Origin: the human T2T-CHM13v2.0 reference genome, Homo sapiens | Reading direction: 5' to 3' (one strand) | Length of the DNA stretch: 64,000 nucleotides | NCBI RefSeq assembly: GCF_009914755.1 | Contig: NC_060938.1 | Shown here: positions 42,720-56,339 of the stretch, in pieces | Numbering within the stretch: the first letter of the stretch is position 1 | Layout of the letters: each line of letters starts with the position of its first letter | The notes under the pieces: model-generated | The model's database searches: none | What the model was told of the DNA's origin: nothing | What the model saw: only the letters and a program-made list of their open reading frames with translations | Program-made: the position numbers and the translations under genes

Positions 42720-45056
42720 TCATAGTTCTGAAGCCTCATTAGCTTCTCATCAGGATAAAAATTTACATACCTCACTGCGGCATACAGGATCCATCACCTG
42801 GCTCCTGACTTTTTCTCCAACCTCTTCCCTCATTCTTCACCTACACTCAATTCTCCTAGAGTTTCCAAACATGCCATAGGCTCTCTAGCTAGCCTGCCTA
42901 TTGTCCACTTTGCCTGTCCGCTGGGCCCAATTCTTCACTTCTACCCTTCCTTCCACTCCCAGGTAGCTGGACACATTTCCTCTGTTCTATCACACACTTC
43001 TTTTTGTTTTTCATTTTTGTTATTACATTTTTCCCATTACATGGAAATTCTTTCCAGTTAGAACTAGGACTATGATTTACTCCTCTTTGTATACTCAGGA
43101 TGTAGCATGCAGTAGGTGCCCCCTGGTAATATGGGAATGAACAAGCAGAGCCCATGTTGTGCTTTGCTGTTCCAACAGAAAATGCTGTAGTCCTTCCTGT
43201 CCACCAGAGAGTGCTGAGCAAAGAATGCTCTTTTGAAAAATCAAAGCTGTCAGATACTGGCAGGGCAGTATGACCTGTAGAGATTTAATATAAATCAGTA
43301 TTGCCTATTTCCATCTTTGAAGTTAAATTAGAACATTAGCTCAAGCCATTGAGGACTTCCCCGATCCCTGGGAACAGTTGTATAGATATGGTATTGTTCC
43401 TGATCTTTGATGAGTGAAAACCTGAGATTTTTTTTCTATACTTTGTTGGCTCTCACAGTTCCAATTGGAGTTCCAATAGGAATTGTTTTTTTTTAATTTT
43501 TTTACAAATAAGTTAGTTTTTTGAGTCTATATTCTACTCATCTAATTGTGTTAAATTCATACATAACATTCAAAACAGTTTGTTCTAAATTTTTAAATAA
43601 TCCAGTAAACCTCAACCAGAAAAGTGCAAGCCAAAAGCCAATCATCTAACCAAATGTATTTTCACTTTGGGAACCTAAATATGTTGTAGAGGCAGCCATC
43701 TTTATTCCCATTAAAATGAACGCATGATGTTATTCTTTTTTTTGTTTTTAAAAAAATGTTCATAGAATGCATTCCAATTACTTGAGCTCACAAAAGGATC
43801 TTTGCTTTCCAACATCTATAAAACCACACACTTGTCACCTGTCATATTTCACCCAGTAGGTGATGTGTTCAGGGAAATTAGGATCCGTGTTTTAATCTTC
43901 TCATGTTTCCTTATCAGAACCTAGCCTGCTGGTATTTAATTAGGGGGTGCTCAATGAATATATATACTGAATGCATCTTGAGTTCTTTACGTGGGGACTT
44001 TCTGGACCTCCTGTAGCTCTCACCTGTTCCTTTCGCAGTCCCTTGGCCTTCACTGAGCCTGCTTGACAGCCATATATTCCTAGTATACTGAGCCTAATGC
44101 CCCCAAATTTCCCTTGCTGCTACTTCCTCTAGGCTCTAGAGTCACTAATATGCTGCAGCTTCAAGAGTTGCCTTCTTTTCAAATCCTCCACAGCACACCA
44201 AGCTTTATTGTTTTCTGCCTCTATTCTGTAGTAAAGGAAAGGTAGAAATTTCAAATAAAACAATTTCATATGTTTAATAAGAAATTGAATGGTGTACATG
44301 TTTACATTGAATTTTTCAAGGTAAAGCAAAGCTGATAAAATATTTGCCAGTTTAGATTTCTTAATTAGCTTTTCCCTTTTTTTCATTATCTAGCAGGTTT
44401 TCTACTGACTAGATCACAAAGCAACCAGTGTTGTTTCGTTATTGGAATCGGATAAATTGATCTTAGTTCAGTTCAACCAACATTTCTTGAATACCTACTG
44501 TCTACAAAAACCATAGATATTATGGAAAATTCCAAAGTGAACAAGATATAAAAGTTTGCTAGAGTGTTTTTCAAATATGGTTAAGTGTGTAATAATAGAG
44601 GCATAAAGAGAAGTCTCTGAGAAAGACAAGAGTGTGTAATAGGTTTAGAACTGGAAAATCAGGGAAGGCTTTATAATAAAGGACTTGACCTTGAAGGAGG
44701 AAGGCAGAAAGAACAATGTGGTTGTAGCTTTATTCATTTGTTTTCAAATTATTATTTTAGTAAAATTTTCTCTAAAGATCTATCTTTTTATTTATAAAAA
44801 GGAGTGATAGAAGACTACCAGGTAATTACCCCACTTCTATTTACTATGTAATTGATACATTGGTTGTTTCTTGATTAATAATGATGGCTTCTTGTATTAG
44901 TTTTTGACATGGCCCTTTAAATTAAAATAATGTGTTAAGAGGTAAACATGTTTAATATAAAATGAAATAACAACAATGAAGGATGGCTATTTCTATAAGC
45001 TGTGTAGTATTTCTAATGCTATTTTAATATATGTTTTATTTATCCATGGGTTTTAG

Positions 45057-45177
45057 GCAGCTTGGATCTTAAAAGCAAGAGCGCTAACAGAAATGGTATA
45101 CATAGATGAAATTGATGTAGATCAGGAAGGAATTGCAGAAATGATGCTGGATGAAAATGCTATAGCTCAAGTTCCAC
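45057..45177 (+). CDS. TTC8: TTC8 coding exon (AAWILKARALTEMVYIDEIDVDQEGIAEMMLDENAIAQVP)
   Basis: ttttag|GCA acceptor, CAC|gtaagt donor; 121 nt; continues frame. Confidence 0.96.
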
Positions 45178-45769
45178 GTAAGTATTGGGTTTTCAGTTAA
45201 GTTAATGAAATACCATTAAGAGGAAGAATACTGTGTATAAGAGGAATATATATGCCTATATATTTCTACACTTTATATATATAAACATTATAGACATGAA
45301 ACAAAAATGATGAAAAAACCATTACTTCAAGTAAATGGTTTCTGTTCTGCCTTATGGTACAAAGGCTTTTTCCCCACAATTCAGTTATCTTAAACTTAAG
45401 GTATGAGATTGATGTATAACAATTTTCTGATACAAGCTATATTATGCATTTTAGAAATAATTTATACCTACATTCAACTGCTGATCATATGGGAAAAATT
45501 TATAAAAGTACATTCTATTTGAACTACTTGTCTAATATATCAGAATATTGTTTATCTGGGAAGTATCCAAACAACAGAGGTGTTCTAAGAGCACTTTAAA
45601 AAAAGGTCGTTCGAAAACATCACTTTATTCTTATAATCGAACATGATTTGCTCTAAATCATAATGTGAGGTAATGAGGTGATATGCTGGGCTGTGAGTGT
45701 CTGTTGGGATTGTCACAGAGGCACAGTCCCCAGCTTGGAGATGTGGTGGTACAAATGGTATTGGATAAT

Positions 45770-45876
45770 GGCTGATCTAAGAGTGTTGTTTACAACTAAT
45801 TGATCACAACTCATTACAGATTTCTTTGTTCCTTCTTCACTCCCACTGCTTTACTTGACTAGCCTTAAAAAAAAAA
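45770..45876 (+). pseudogene. Y3 RNA (RNY3-derived) retropseudogene with poly(A) and TSD
   Basis: GGCTG...TGTTTACAACTAATTGATCACAAC...TTACAGATTTCTTTGTTCCTTC...CTTGACTAGCCTT + A10; flanked by AAATGGTATTGGATAAT / AAATGGTATTGAATTAT. Confidence 0.92.
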
Positions 45877-46469
45877 TGGTATTGAATTATAACCAGGACA
45901 TATGGTGGTCTTGCTGGTAATTATAGTTCTCAGTCATTTATATCTTTTGGAAGGTAATAGCTATTTTAAACCTTCAAATAGAAATTGAGAAAAAAATACA
46001 TATTTTTATGTTAATATATCTTTCTTTACCATTATTTTGTTCTTTTAGAATTAAAAATATCTAAATTCTAGATATTGTGGGTAAATTATCTTTTATTGGG
46101 AGAAGTTTGTATGAGAAATAATTGAACTATGAAGATAGAACCATTATTTTGAACTTTGGAGCCTGTTAGTCTTGAGTTTAAATCCCAGCCCTACTAATAG
46201 GTTGACCTGTTTACTTAATTCTGTGAACCTTTGTTAAATAGGTTAATACTACCTACTTTACAGACTTAATGTGATGATTAAATGTGATGACATAAGTAAC
46301 ATGATAGGTACTCATTAAATATTAGTCTAAAACACATCTCCCTAAAATACATTTCTTGCTATTAATGTCTTTTTCACCAGGCCAGCGCAATTCTGAAAAT
46401 TGTATTAGCTTACAGTTTTTACAGATTAATAGATAATATATAAATTGTATTAGCCATCTTGTCTCCTAG

Positions 46470-46533
46470 GCCCTGGAACGTCTTTGAAACTCCCTGGAAC
46501 TAATCAGACAGGAGGGCCTAGCCAGGCCGTTAG
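46470..46533 (+). CDS. TTC8: TTC8 coding exon (RPGTSLKLPGTNQTGGPSQAV)
   Basis: ctcctag|GC acceptor, TAG|gtatgt donor; 64 nt; in frame. Confidence 0.95.
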
Positions 46534-46641
46534 GTATGTACTTCTGCTTCATAACCTCTGCCACTAAATATTGATCAGACTGTATGAGAGTCTTTCCTCA
46601 AATGATCTTCTTTGTATTATAACAATTTATAATCTTCACAG

Positions 46642-46801
46642 GCCAATCACACAAGCTGGAAGACCCATTACAGGTTTCCTCAGGCCCAGCACGCAGAGTG
46701 GAAGGCCAGGCACTATGGAACAGGCTATCAGAACACCCAGAACCGCCTACACAGCCCGCCCTATCACCAGCTCCTCCGGAAGATTTGTCAGGCTGGGAAC
46801 G
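46642..46801 (+). CDS. TTC8: TTC8 coding exon (RPITQAGRPITGFLRPSTQSGRPGTMEQAIRTPRTAYTARPITSSSGRFVRLGT)
   Basis: ttcacag|G acceptor, ACG|gtaaat donor; 160 nt; contained in ORF 46571..46921. Confidence 0.96.
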
Positions 46802-47029
46802 GTAAATTCTATCAGCTTTCCCATAGCCTTGTATTACTTTGGTATTACCAAAGTAGCTTTATATTATGGTATATCATTTTCCCCTGTTGTTATAGTGGAG
46901 AATTATATGGAAGATTTTTGAAGGTGATTATTTTTATTTATGTTGCCTTTATATTTTTATGCATATTAAACTTGTTTACATTTCAAGAGAAAGTTTCAGA
47001 TCTCTTGGTCTATTGTTTTTCCTCTGTAG

Positions 47030-47119
47030 GCTTCCATGCTTACAAGTCCTGATGGACCATTTATAAATTTATCTAGGCTGAATTTAACAAAGTATTCCCA
47101 GAAACCTAAGTTGGCAAAG
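47030..47119 (+). CDS. TTC8: TTC8 coding exon (ASMLTSPDGPFINLSRLNLTKYSQKPKLAK)
   Basis: ctgtag|GCT acceptor, AAG|gtatgt donor; 90 nt. Confidence 0.96.
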
Positions 47120-49410
47120 GTATGTACTTAAAATGATTTTGAGTTATGAAGTAATATTACACGTATGATGATAATGACAAATTAGAAAATGAATAAAAAC
47201 TTGTGAAGGAAAGGCCATGTCTTTATTGAAGTGGAAATGTTTTATATGTAAAATTACTCTTAGTCTTTGAGTTAATTGAGTTAAGGAAGGTCAGTCAGAA
47301 ATAAAGTACATATACCATTATTATAGGAAATTCTTTTCCCTTGATAAAGAGTAGTAATTTGTAACAAAGAAAGCAGGTATGCAGCATCATCTTTGTAGAA
47401 TGAAGCTTAAGAAGTCATCTGTATATGTACGTATTTTTTTCCTTTTTAGCTTGGACTATTCTCAGAGAAATAATTTTCTATCCTTGTAGGTTTTTTAGGA
47501 CTGTCAAAGGATGATAAAAATTATGTACTCCTAATTAGTAATTTATCAGGCATCTCAAAAAGGATTACTGAAACCACATAGTGGCATGCCAACCACATTA
47601 GTAATTATCACTACTCAAAGATTAAATGCTCCTTTAAATTAAAGAGAAAATGAGAGGCAGAAGGAGAGGGAGAAAGGGAAAGAGAGGCAGAGGGAGAGAA
47701 AGAGAAAAAGAAAAATAAAGGAAGGTGTCCATGACCTTTTCAGTATATAAACCTTGAGGGTGAGCTTGCAATAATTCAGAGACAGGAGCACTTATCTTCC
47801 AGAAACTAATTTAAGCCTAGCTCAGGTTTTTAGCTGAAATCTCTGAGCATAAGTGCTGAGCTCATTCCTAATCTCAGTTCTAATGGTGTTTAACGTATGT
47901 GTTTACTAAATACCAAACACTCTAGAGAAAATTAAAATGGACACTAGCTGTACAGACTTAAGTTTAAGTCTGAAAAAAAGATGCCATTTGGTAGACAGGG
48001 AATTAGCCAGTAATAATTGCTGCTGATTTTTTTCTTAAATTCTTGTTCAGCAGCAATCCTGTTGACTTCATTTAGTAAAATTGTAAAGCTATCCTTACTT
48101 CCCTTTCTTTTATGAGAGTGGAGTAGTGAAAGCAACTCATGTGGAATATCTGGTTCCCTACCCTTTAAGGTCGCTTACTTGAAGGGACTGTCTGGCTAGT
48201 TGATACCATTGCTATTTTTTGACCAGAGAGTCAGTCAGTGGAAGCATTTTTCTCAATTAAATTAAGATGCATCCAGGACAGATCTGGTCTGTTACTAGAT
48301 TTAGCCTGAACTAGATTTTGTGCTTTTTTAGTGTGTTGTAGAAATAATGCCAGGTTTTTCTGTCTTTGGCCCCCAGCTTGCCTTGACCCAAAAGGAGTCA
48401 TTTTTAATAAAGGCATATTGCTTGGGGTGTCTAGGGTGACTCTATGACACTGTCTTTGATGCTGTAACGTCATTTTCATGGCAGTAGTAGCACCAATTGC
48501 ACTCTTAACTTTTGTTTCTTTATAACAGAACAAATGGAAGGATTGTTATAGGTTTGTTTTTTTTTTTAAAGAAAGGCCTTGTCTTGATTTTTTTAAAAAA
48601 TTGGTTGCCTCCAAGTCTTCTTTGTTAGTAACCTTGATATTTTCCAGGGCTGTTAGCCTCTTTGCAAGTGTAACAAGATGGTATTATGGAAAAAGGTAGT
48701 ACCAATAAGAGTAAATGCTTATTTGTTTAGAGGAGTTGAGTGAAATATTGGAAATAATTGTTCTTAGCCCTGGCTGTACATGAGAGTTATCTGAGGGCTT
48801 TAAAAAATATAAGGTCAGGGCTTTGCCATCCCCCCAACTCTGATTTAATTTAAGTGGTCTGATATGTGCCCCACCGCCAGGTGATTCCAATGTCCAGCTT
48901 AGCTGAGTAGCACCCTGCTAAAGAAACCTGAATATTCTGAATCATAGAGTTACTATGAATACCATATAAGGAAAAATAGCTTTAAAAATTAAGCAAAAAA
49001 CACCCTGCTTTACCCTTGTACTCTACTTTGTTTCAGTAGAAACTTCCAGTTTTTTTATGTCTAAATTATCATTATTAATATCATAATCACTGTATAATAT
49101 ATGTAGAGAATATAAAGAATTGTCTGCATCTGTTTTACGACAATTCTGAAGTTGGTCTTTAAGAAATAAATTTTTCAATTGTCTTTCTAATAAAATACAT
49201 AATACGAAAAAAAGTTTAATTCTTTGAGCATTCCAGTTTGTATTCTGTTAAAACCAGAATCAGTTATAAATAGTAATATTTTAAAATGAGTGATAGTAAC
49301 AAAAGATGGATAGGCCCTTTTATCTATAAATCCAGGGCTTTAGAGTACTTTTGTTAACAGCAAATTAAAAAAAAAAATCTAACGTATTTTTGACACTTTT
49401 TTCTTCACAG

Positions 49411-49455
49411 GCTTTGTTTGAGTATATCTTTCATCATGAAAATGATGTTAAGACT
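49411..49455 (+). CDS. TTC8: TTC8 coding exon (ALFEYIFHHENDVKT)
   Basis: ttcttcacag|GCT acceptor, ACT|gtaagt donor; 45 nt. Confidence 0.95.
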
Positions 49456-50105
49456 GTAAGTTTTGAATTCATGCTATTTTCTTTTATTGTAATTTTTCTG
49501 ACTTTGGAAGTTTAGATTCTGAAATATTCTATTTCTGACCTTATAAACAGATGAAATTATTAAAGATTGGAGAACTACTAATACTTTAAAATCCACCCTC
49601 AGTTTCTGTGGGAAAATGTGTATAAATATACAAGTGATAAGAACTATGCTTGGTTCATAGAGTATGTAGATCTCCAATAAATGGGAAGATACAGGTTATT
49701 GAGAATACTGCATAACATGCTTGTGTTAAAGTTATAGTTTTTATGCTAATGGTGTTGTTGATCTGTTTATTTCCTTAGTCCATATAGTATATTATAGGTT
49801 TACTAACATGCATATTTCTGTTATTTTTGTGGTGTGTCCTTTTCCCCATCATTAACGTTTTATGATCAAAGATTTCAAACATACAAAAGTAGAGGGAATC
49901 GTCTTCATAGCCTCTTAACAGAGAATTTTAAAGTTATATGCGTATGACTTCTCAAATTGTTTTGATTTTTGCATACTTATATGCAAATGAGCAATAATGG
50001 AACAACTTTGGTCAAATCAAATGCAGTTCATTCTACAGTGTCTGATTGCATGTTTTCTCATTTTCCTATTAGTTCCAGGAAAAAGGCTTTATATCCATAC
50101 ATTAA

Positions 50106-50453
<348 letters not shown>

Positions 50454-51639
50454 TCCCCTTAATTGTGTTTTCTATGTGTCAACCACTAGCTATACACTAG
50501 GAGAACTAATAAAAAATATGATACTTTTTCCTGCCTCTACAAGCCATGTAATCTAGCTGAAGAAATAAAATGGACATAAATGAAATAGTTAAAGAGGTAA
50601 TTGTCAAACTGTGAAGTTGTTACCAAGTAGGAAAGGGAAAAATTCAGAAGGGATGATATTAGTAAAGATCCATGAAAATAAGTAGAATGTATGGAAAGGA
50701 GGAAAAAGAAATGTAAAGAAAGGGCAAAAACAAGAAAGAGATATGGAATGATCACTAAATCGTCCTTATCCTAGAAAATTGGAGTTCCACAGAGACATTT
50801 TAAAAAAGGAAGTGACAGAACTTGATGATAGATTTGATGCTAGGGACAAAGGAAAGACAGACAGGTCAAATTTGCCTCCTAGAGATGCTGTGAGAAGAGT
50901 GATAGTTTTATTGGCAGAAATGGGATAATTAGGGAAGGAAGTCAGTTTGTAAAGAAGCTGACTAAGTGACTTGAAGGCGTTTTGAGCTTGAAATGACAAA
51001 AGGCTATCTAAGTGGAGATACCATTGCATGTGTTGGGAGATGTGACATTGAAATGTAGGGGACAGCCTGGGCCACATATATAGAATGTGGTGTTCATAGA
51101 TGTGGTTATGTAGGGAAAAGAAAAAATGAAGGTTGGGACAGCTGAGAAACCATGCACACTTCTGTAAATAAAAGTCAGCCATTTTAACTTCATAAAAAGC
51201 TGGTGAGGGGCTTTCAGCATGATGATATATAAAATTATATGGTCAAACTGTAATTAAAAAGCATTAGAATGCTATTCCATTTCATAAATTAGTAAATCTC
51301 AAATTACTAGAGTATCATAAAGTGATACTCTTGTATTTGGAAGATTAATGCATATCAGGGGCATTTATTCTTTCATCCAATGTATGTTTGAACCACAGTT
51401 CCAGCCCTGAGATCACACAGTGAAACAGACAGACAAAGTCTCTGCTCTTTTAGAGATAATATTCTGGTTGGGCAAGGAATAGAAACAAACTTTAAAATGT
51501 ATGAAGTCTTATGGGCTAATGAGTACTGTAACAACAAAGAAGCAGGAAAGCAGATAAGGGAATAAATAATGACGTGGGGGAGGATGCTATTTTGGATGGA
51601 GGGGGGAGTGGTCATTGAAGTCTCTCTGAACAGAAAATA

Positions 51640-51954
51640 TGTGGCTCAGTGGCTGAATCCCAGCACTTTGGGAGGCTGAGGCAGGTGTATCACTGGAGCC
51701 CAGGGGTTCGAGACCAGCCTAGGCAACGTGGCGAAACCCTGTCTCTACAAAAAATACAAAAATTAGCCAGGCATGGTGGCACGTGCTTGTAGTCCCAGCT
51801 ACTCTAGAGGGATAGAGCTGTAGTCCCAGCTACTCTGGGAGGATCACCTGAACCCAGGGAGGTCGAGGCTGCAGTGAGCCATGATCATGCCACTGCACTC
51901 CAGTTTGGGTGACAGGGTGAAACTCTGTCTCAAAAAAAAAGAAAAGAAAAGAAA
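51640..51954 (+). mobile_element. Alu (J-type) within L2 remnant (~51370-52190)
   Basis: Alu consensus with an internal 18-nt duplication. Confidence 0.85.
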
Positions 51955-52202
51955 ACATTCTAACAGACACCTCAATGAAGGGGGACAGGAACCACATCAT
52001 TATGTGTAGGAAGAGCATTTTCAAAGAGCTTTAACTGTAAAGGTCCTGAGTAGAAGCATGCTTGGGTTGTTTAAGGAACAGTAAGAAGGCCAGTGTGGCT
52101 GAGTGAGGCCTGTGAGGGGGAAGAGTTGTTGGTGATGAGTTTAGAAGCTAGGCAGATCATAAGCCATTTGTAGGTCATGGTGACAATGTTTTTTATTAAT
52201 AG

Positions 52203-52280
52203 ATTCATCTTGAAGATGTAGTTCTACATCTTGGAATTTACCCATTCTTATTGAGGAATAAAAATCACATTGAAAAAAAT
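52203..52280 (+). CDS. TTC8: TTC8 alternative in-frame cassette exon (IHLEDVVLHLGIYPFLLRNKNHIEKN)
   Basis: ttttattaatag|ATT acceptor, AAT|gtaaga donor; 78 nt, phase 0-0, no stop; peptide matches my recollection of the 26-aa insert in the long TTC8 isoform. Confidence 0.75.
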
Positions 52281-53333
52281 GTAAGATTTATTCCCTGCAC
52301 TACTGCACTTAATATTCTAAAGATTCTAAGGGTTAGCCGACTGTAATTTTTACATATTATGTTAGTATCATAGTTCTTCATGCATATGAACTTAAAAATT
52401 TTTGATTTTAAACAGATAGAGTAGTAACATTTAAACTTTTTATTTTAAGCAGCAAAATCCTTTTCTTCAAGTGAAATCTTATCGAGACCCTAATACGTAA
52501 AACAGACAAAAGGTGAGCTACTTGAATTATAGCAGGGCTAGCAAACTTAGAACATATCCATCAGCCTCCTCCTTGCTCGTCCCACCCCATGATCTTCTGC
52601 CCCTCAAATATTGGGGCTGTTGGGTAGTTCCTATATAGGGCTCTGCTTCTAAATTACCTGGGGAATTATTAAATAAGGACTTCTGGATCTGTGCTAGACT
52701 TCTTGAGTCAGAATCCTCAAGGGTAGGTGTGGCGAATCTGTTGTTAATAAAAGCTCCGCAGGCAATGCTAATTTTCAGGCAGGATTGGAAAATACTGCCT
52801 TAGAATATAGTAGTTTAAAAACCAATGGTTAATAGACGGGTGTAATGCCAGGTGTTCCTGTGTAGTAAAATAGACCTGGGGAATATTAGCAGAACTCAAA
52901 AACCAGAGCTCCCTATAGCAAACAAAACAAGAGGGAGGTGTGTTACCTGTCTCAATGAAAGAAATCAGCAAATGAAGAGAAAAGAGACAGCAAACATGAC
53001 TCAAACATATCTCATTAACACGGAGGTGATAGTAAAAACTATTGAGAACTGGAGTCCCCATTTATAAATTATATATTTTTATTCTTGGTAACAGTGACTC
53101 TCTTAAAACACCAAAACCAAGCAATATTGAACAAAATCGTTGACTCTTTTATCTTTATGATTCATTAAATGACACTTGAGAAAATTTGTCTGGGGACTTT
53201 ATTTTAGATATTTAATCAATGAAGAAGAAAAAAAATTGAAACTAGCAAACATTAGGGTATTTCATAAAGTTGGTTGGATTTGTGAAACAATCACAAAGGA
53301 AAAAGACTTACTGATGCATATGTGTAATCTCTA

Positions 53334-53755
<422 letters not shown>

Positions 53756-56011
53756 CTGATCTTAATTTTTGAAAAATTTTTATGACAATAGAAATGACCC
53801 CAAAACAGAAAATTTACATTAGAAAAAATGCTGGTAAATAAGCACATTAGAGGTGTACTTTTTTAATAACAACAAAAATATAAAATAAAGAGTCTTTGGA
53901 CTTTGAGTTTTATATTTATGAAATTAGAAAAAAAATCCTGAGGGAGAGTACAGTTAGTTGTCATACATTATAGGTGATATTACACATGGTACCACAATTT
54001 GGAAAACAATATGATAATATAGAGCAGATAGCCTTAAAGATAGTTCCTCAATTTGTTTCTGTAATTTCACTTCTCAGGAGATTGCAGGAAAAACTAAAGT
54101 GCTGTATTTGCAATGGTGTTCATTGTAACTTTAGATATAGTGGCAAAACTATATCTAACCTAAATGTTTAACAATAGGGAATGAGTTTGGTAAATTATAA
54201 TAAATAGCATGATGGAATCTTATGTAGCCATTAAAAACCATAATTATAAACACTAGGCAGAAACATGGAAAGTGTTTATTTTATAATGTTAAGCCAAAAG
54301 TATACCATTTAGTATGTTAAATAGAAGTATAACTCTAAAAATATGCATTTATGACAGATACTAGAAGGTATTACTTAAACATTAAAGTGGTAGTATTTTG
54401 AGGTTAAGATGTATTCATTCCACAAATATTTGTTGAATGCCTATGTTGTACCTCATGGTACTAACGGAGATTAAGTCTAACTTTACCTTTGTTTTAAAAT
54501 TTTTCAACAATAATGTTATAGTAAAATGAATTATAAATTAGGGGCAATAATATATTAAAATGCTGCCAATTTGTACTCTGCTTGTTATTTTCATCTGCTT
54601 ACCCCCAATATACATACATTTTTTGTAGAACATAAAATGGAGCAATTTGTTTTGTTCTTATTTAGTGAGAAACACAAATTGTTCCTTTGTTTTCCATTTT
54701 ATTTACTAATTCATATATTGATACATGCGTTGATTAGTTTATTCTTTAAATAATAATGATTGGGTTGTATATATTGGTACTTTGATGGGTGCTAGGGGTG
54801 CTGAGTTGGACAGATGTCTTGTTCTGTTTCTCACTCTGGTACAGTCTTGCCACATTATAGTGATGTTGTGGATCAGATTGTTCCATTAAAATGTCATTCT
54901 TGCTTTTACCAGAAATGTTCTTTTCTGAATGGAAGAAGGATTTAGATAATAAGTATAAAGCATGTATTTTTATATCTTACATATATTTTGTAACTTTAGC
55001 TGGAAAAAGAAAACAGGAATTCTGTTTTTTAACATGTTAAGAAATCAGAGGTGTTTTCATATTTAGATACCTTGGGTGGCCTCCAAATTTCTCTTTAAAT
55101 AAAGTATTTAACACAAATACAGAGAATATTATAGACAAATATAAGAAATACCTTGAAATGGTGTTTAAATATTAAGAAAGTATAAAATTGATTGTCCATG
55201 GAAAACGATTTTTCTGTCTTTGAGCTTTTAGTGCTTTTCTCATGTTGTGGGGGTGGGCAGTATCAACGAAACTCAGGGGACACGTGGGCTGGTGATTCTG
55301 TGTTTATCTACAGACTAATAGGAAGAATACTGTAGAGACAGAGAACGCCATGCAGTGGTATTTAAATGTTAGGAAAAAGTAAAGTTATATATGGAAAACT
55401 ATTTCTGCCTTTGAGTATTTAATAACTCCCTTTCCCCACCTTTCCCTTTTTGGACAATATTGTTGGTATCGACAAAACTAAAGTGGCATGTGGGTTGGTG
55501 ATTCTGCAATCTTTGTTTCCACATGCTCTTTAATTTCATCATCCTGAAGTTGTTACAACTATAACAACAGTGAAAGGATGACTTTTTTTAAACTTAGATC
55601 TGCCAAAATTCCTCCTACTTTTGGACTTTTATAAACTTACTGCTTTAAAAAAATGGCATTCTGAGCTTTTATTAATATCTAGATATTGGTTTTACTAAAT
55701 CATCCAAAAATCATTAAAGTCTTATTTATTTTAAAAATTTGGGAATGATTAAAGAAATATAGATCTGTCACTACTTAAAAATTTTAAGGTTAATAGCTTT
55801 TAATTATGAATCTTATTACTATGACAATTTTGTTTGGTTTTTAAGGTGTTGTCAACAGACGTCAGAAACAAAGATTATAATTAATTCAGTCAACAGATAG
55901 TTCTTGAGTACCTCTTCTGTGCACAGCAATATTCCAGAACAACAGCACAGATGTAAAAGAGGATTATCTGTCCTCAGGGAGCTTGCCAGCCACTTAAAAT
56001 TGTCCCAGATG

Positions 56012-56305
56012 GGCCAGGAATGGTGGCTCACACCTGTAATCCCAGCACTTTGGGAGGCTGAGGCAGGCGGATCAACTTGAGGTCAAGAGTTTGAGACTAG
56101 CCTGGCTAACATGGGGTGAAACCGTGTCTCCACTAAAAACATAAAACATTAGCTGGGCAGGGTGGCACATACCTGTAATCCCAGCTACTCAGGAGGCTGA
56201 GGCATGAAGATTGCTTGAGCCTGGGAGGTGGAGGAGTCGAGATTGTGCCACTGCACTCCATCCAGCCTGGGCAACAGAGCAAGACTGTATCAAAAAAGAA
56301 AGGAA
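56012..56305 (+). mobile_element. Alu
   Basis: Alu consensus; TSD-like AAATTGTCCCAGATG / AAATTGTCACAAATG. Confidence 0.9.
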
Positions 56306-56339
56306 AGAAATTGTCACAAATGTTTTTCTTTAGTGCCAG

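Noticed and set aside
46571-46921. 116-aa ORF
   Set aside because: Only 46642-46801 is exonic; the flanks are intronic read-through
51789-51837. 18-nt internal duplication (TGTAGTCCCAGCTACTCT) inside an Alu
   Set aside because: Ordinary local slippage within an old repeat
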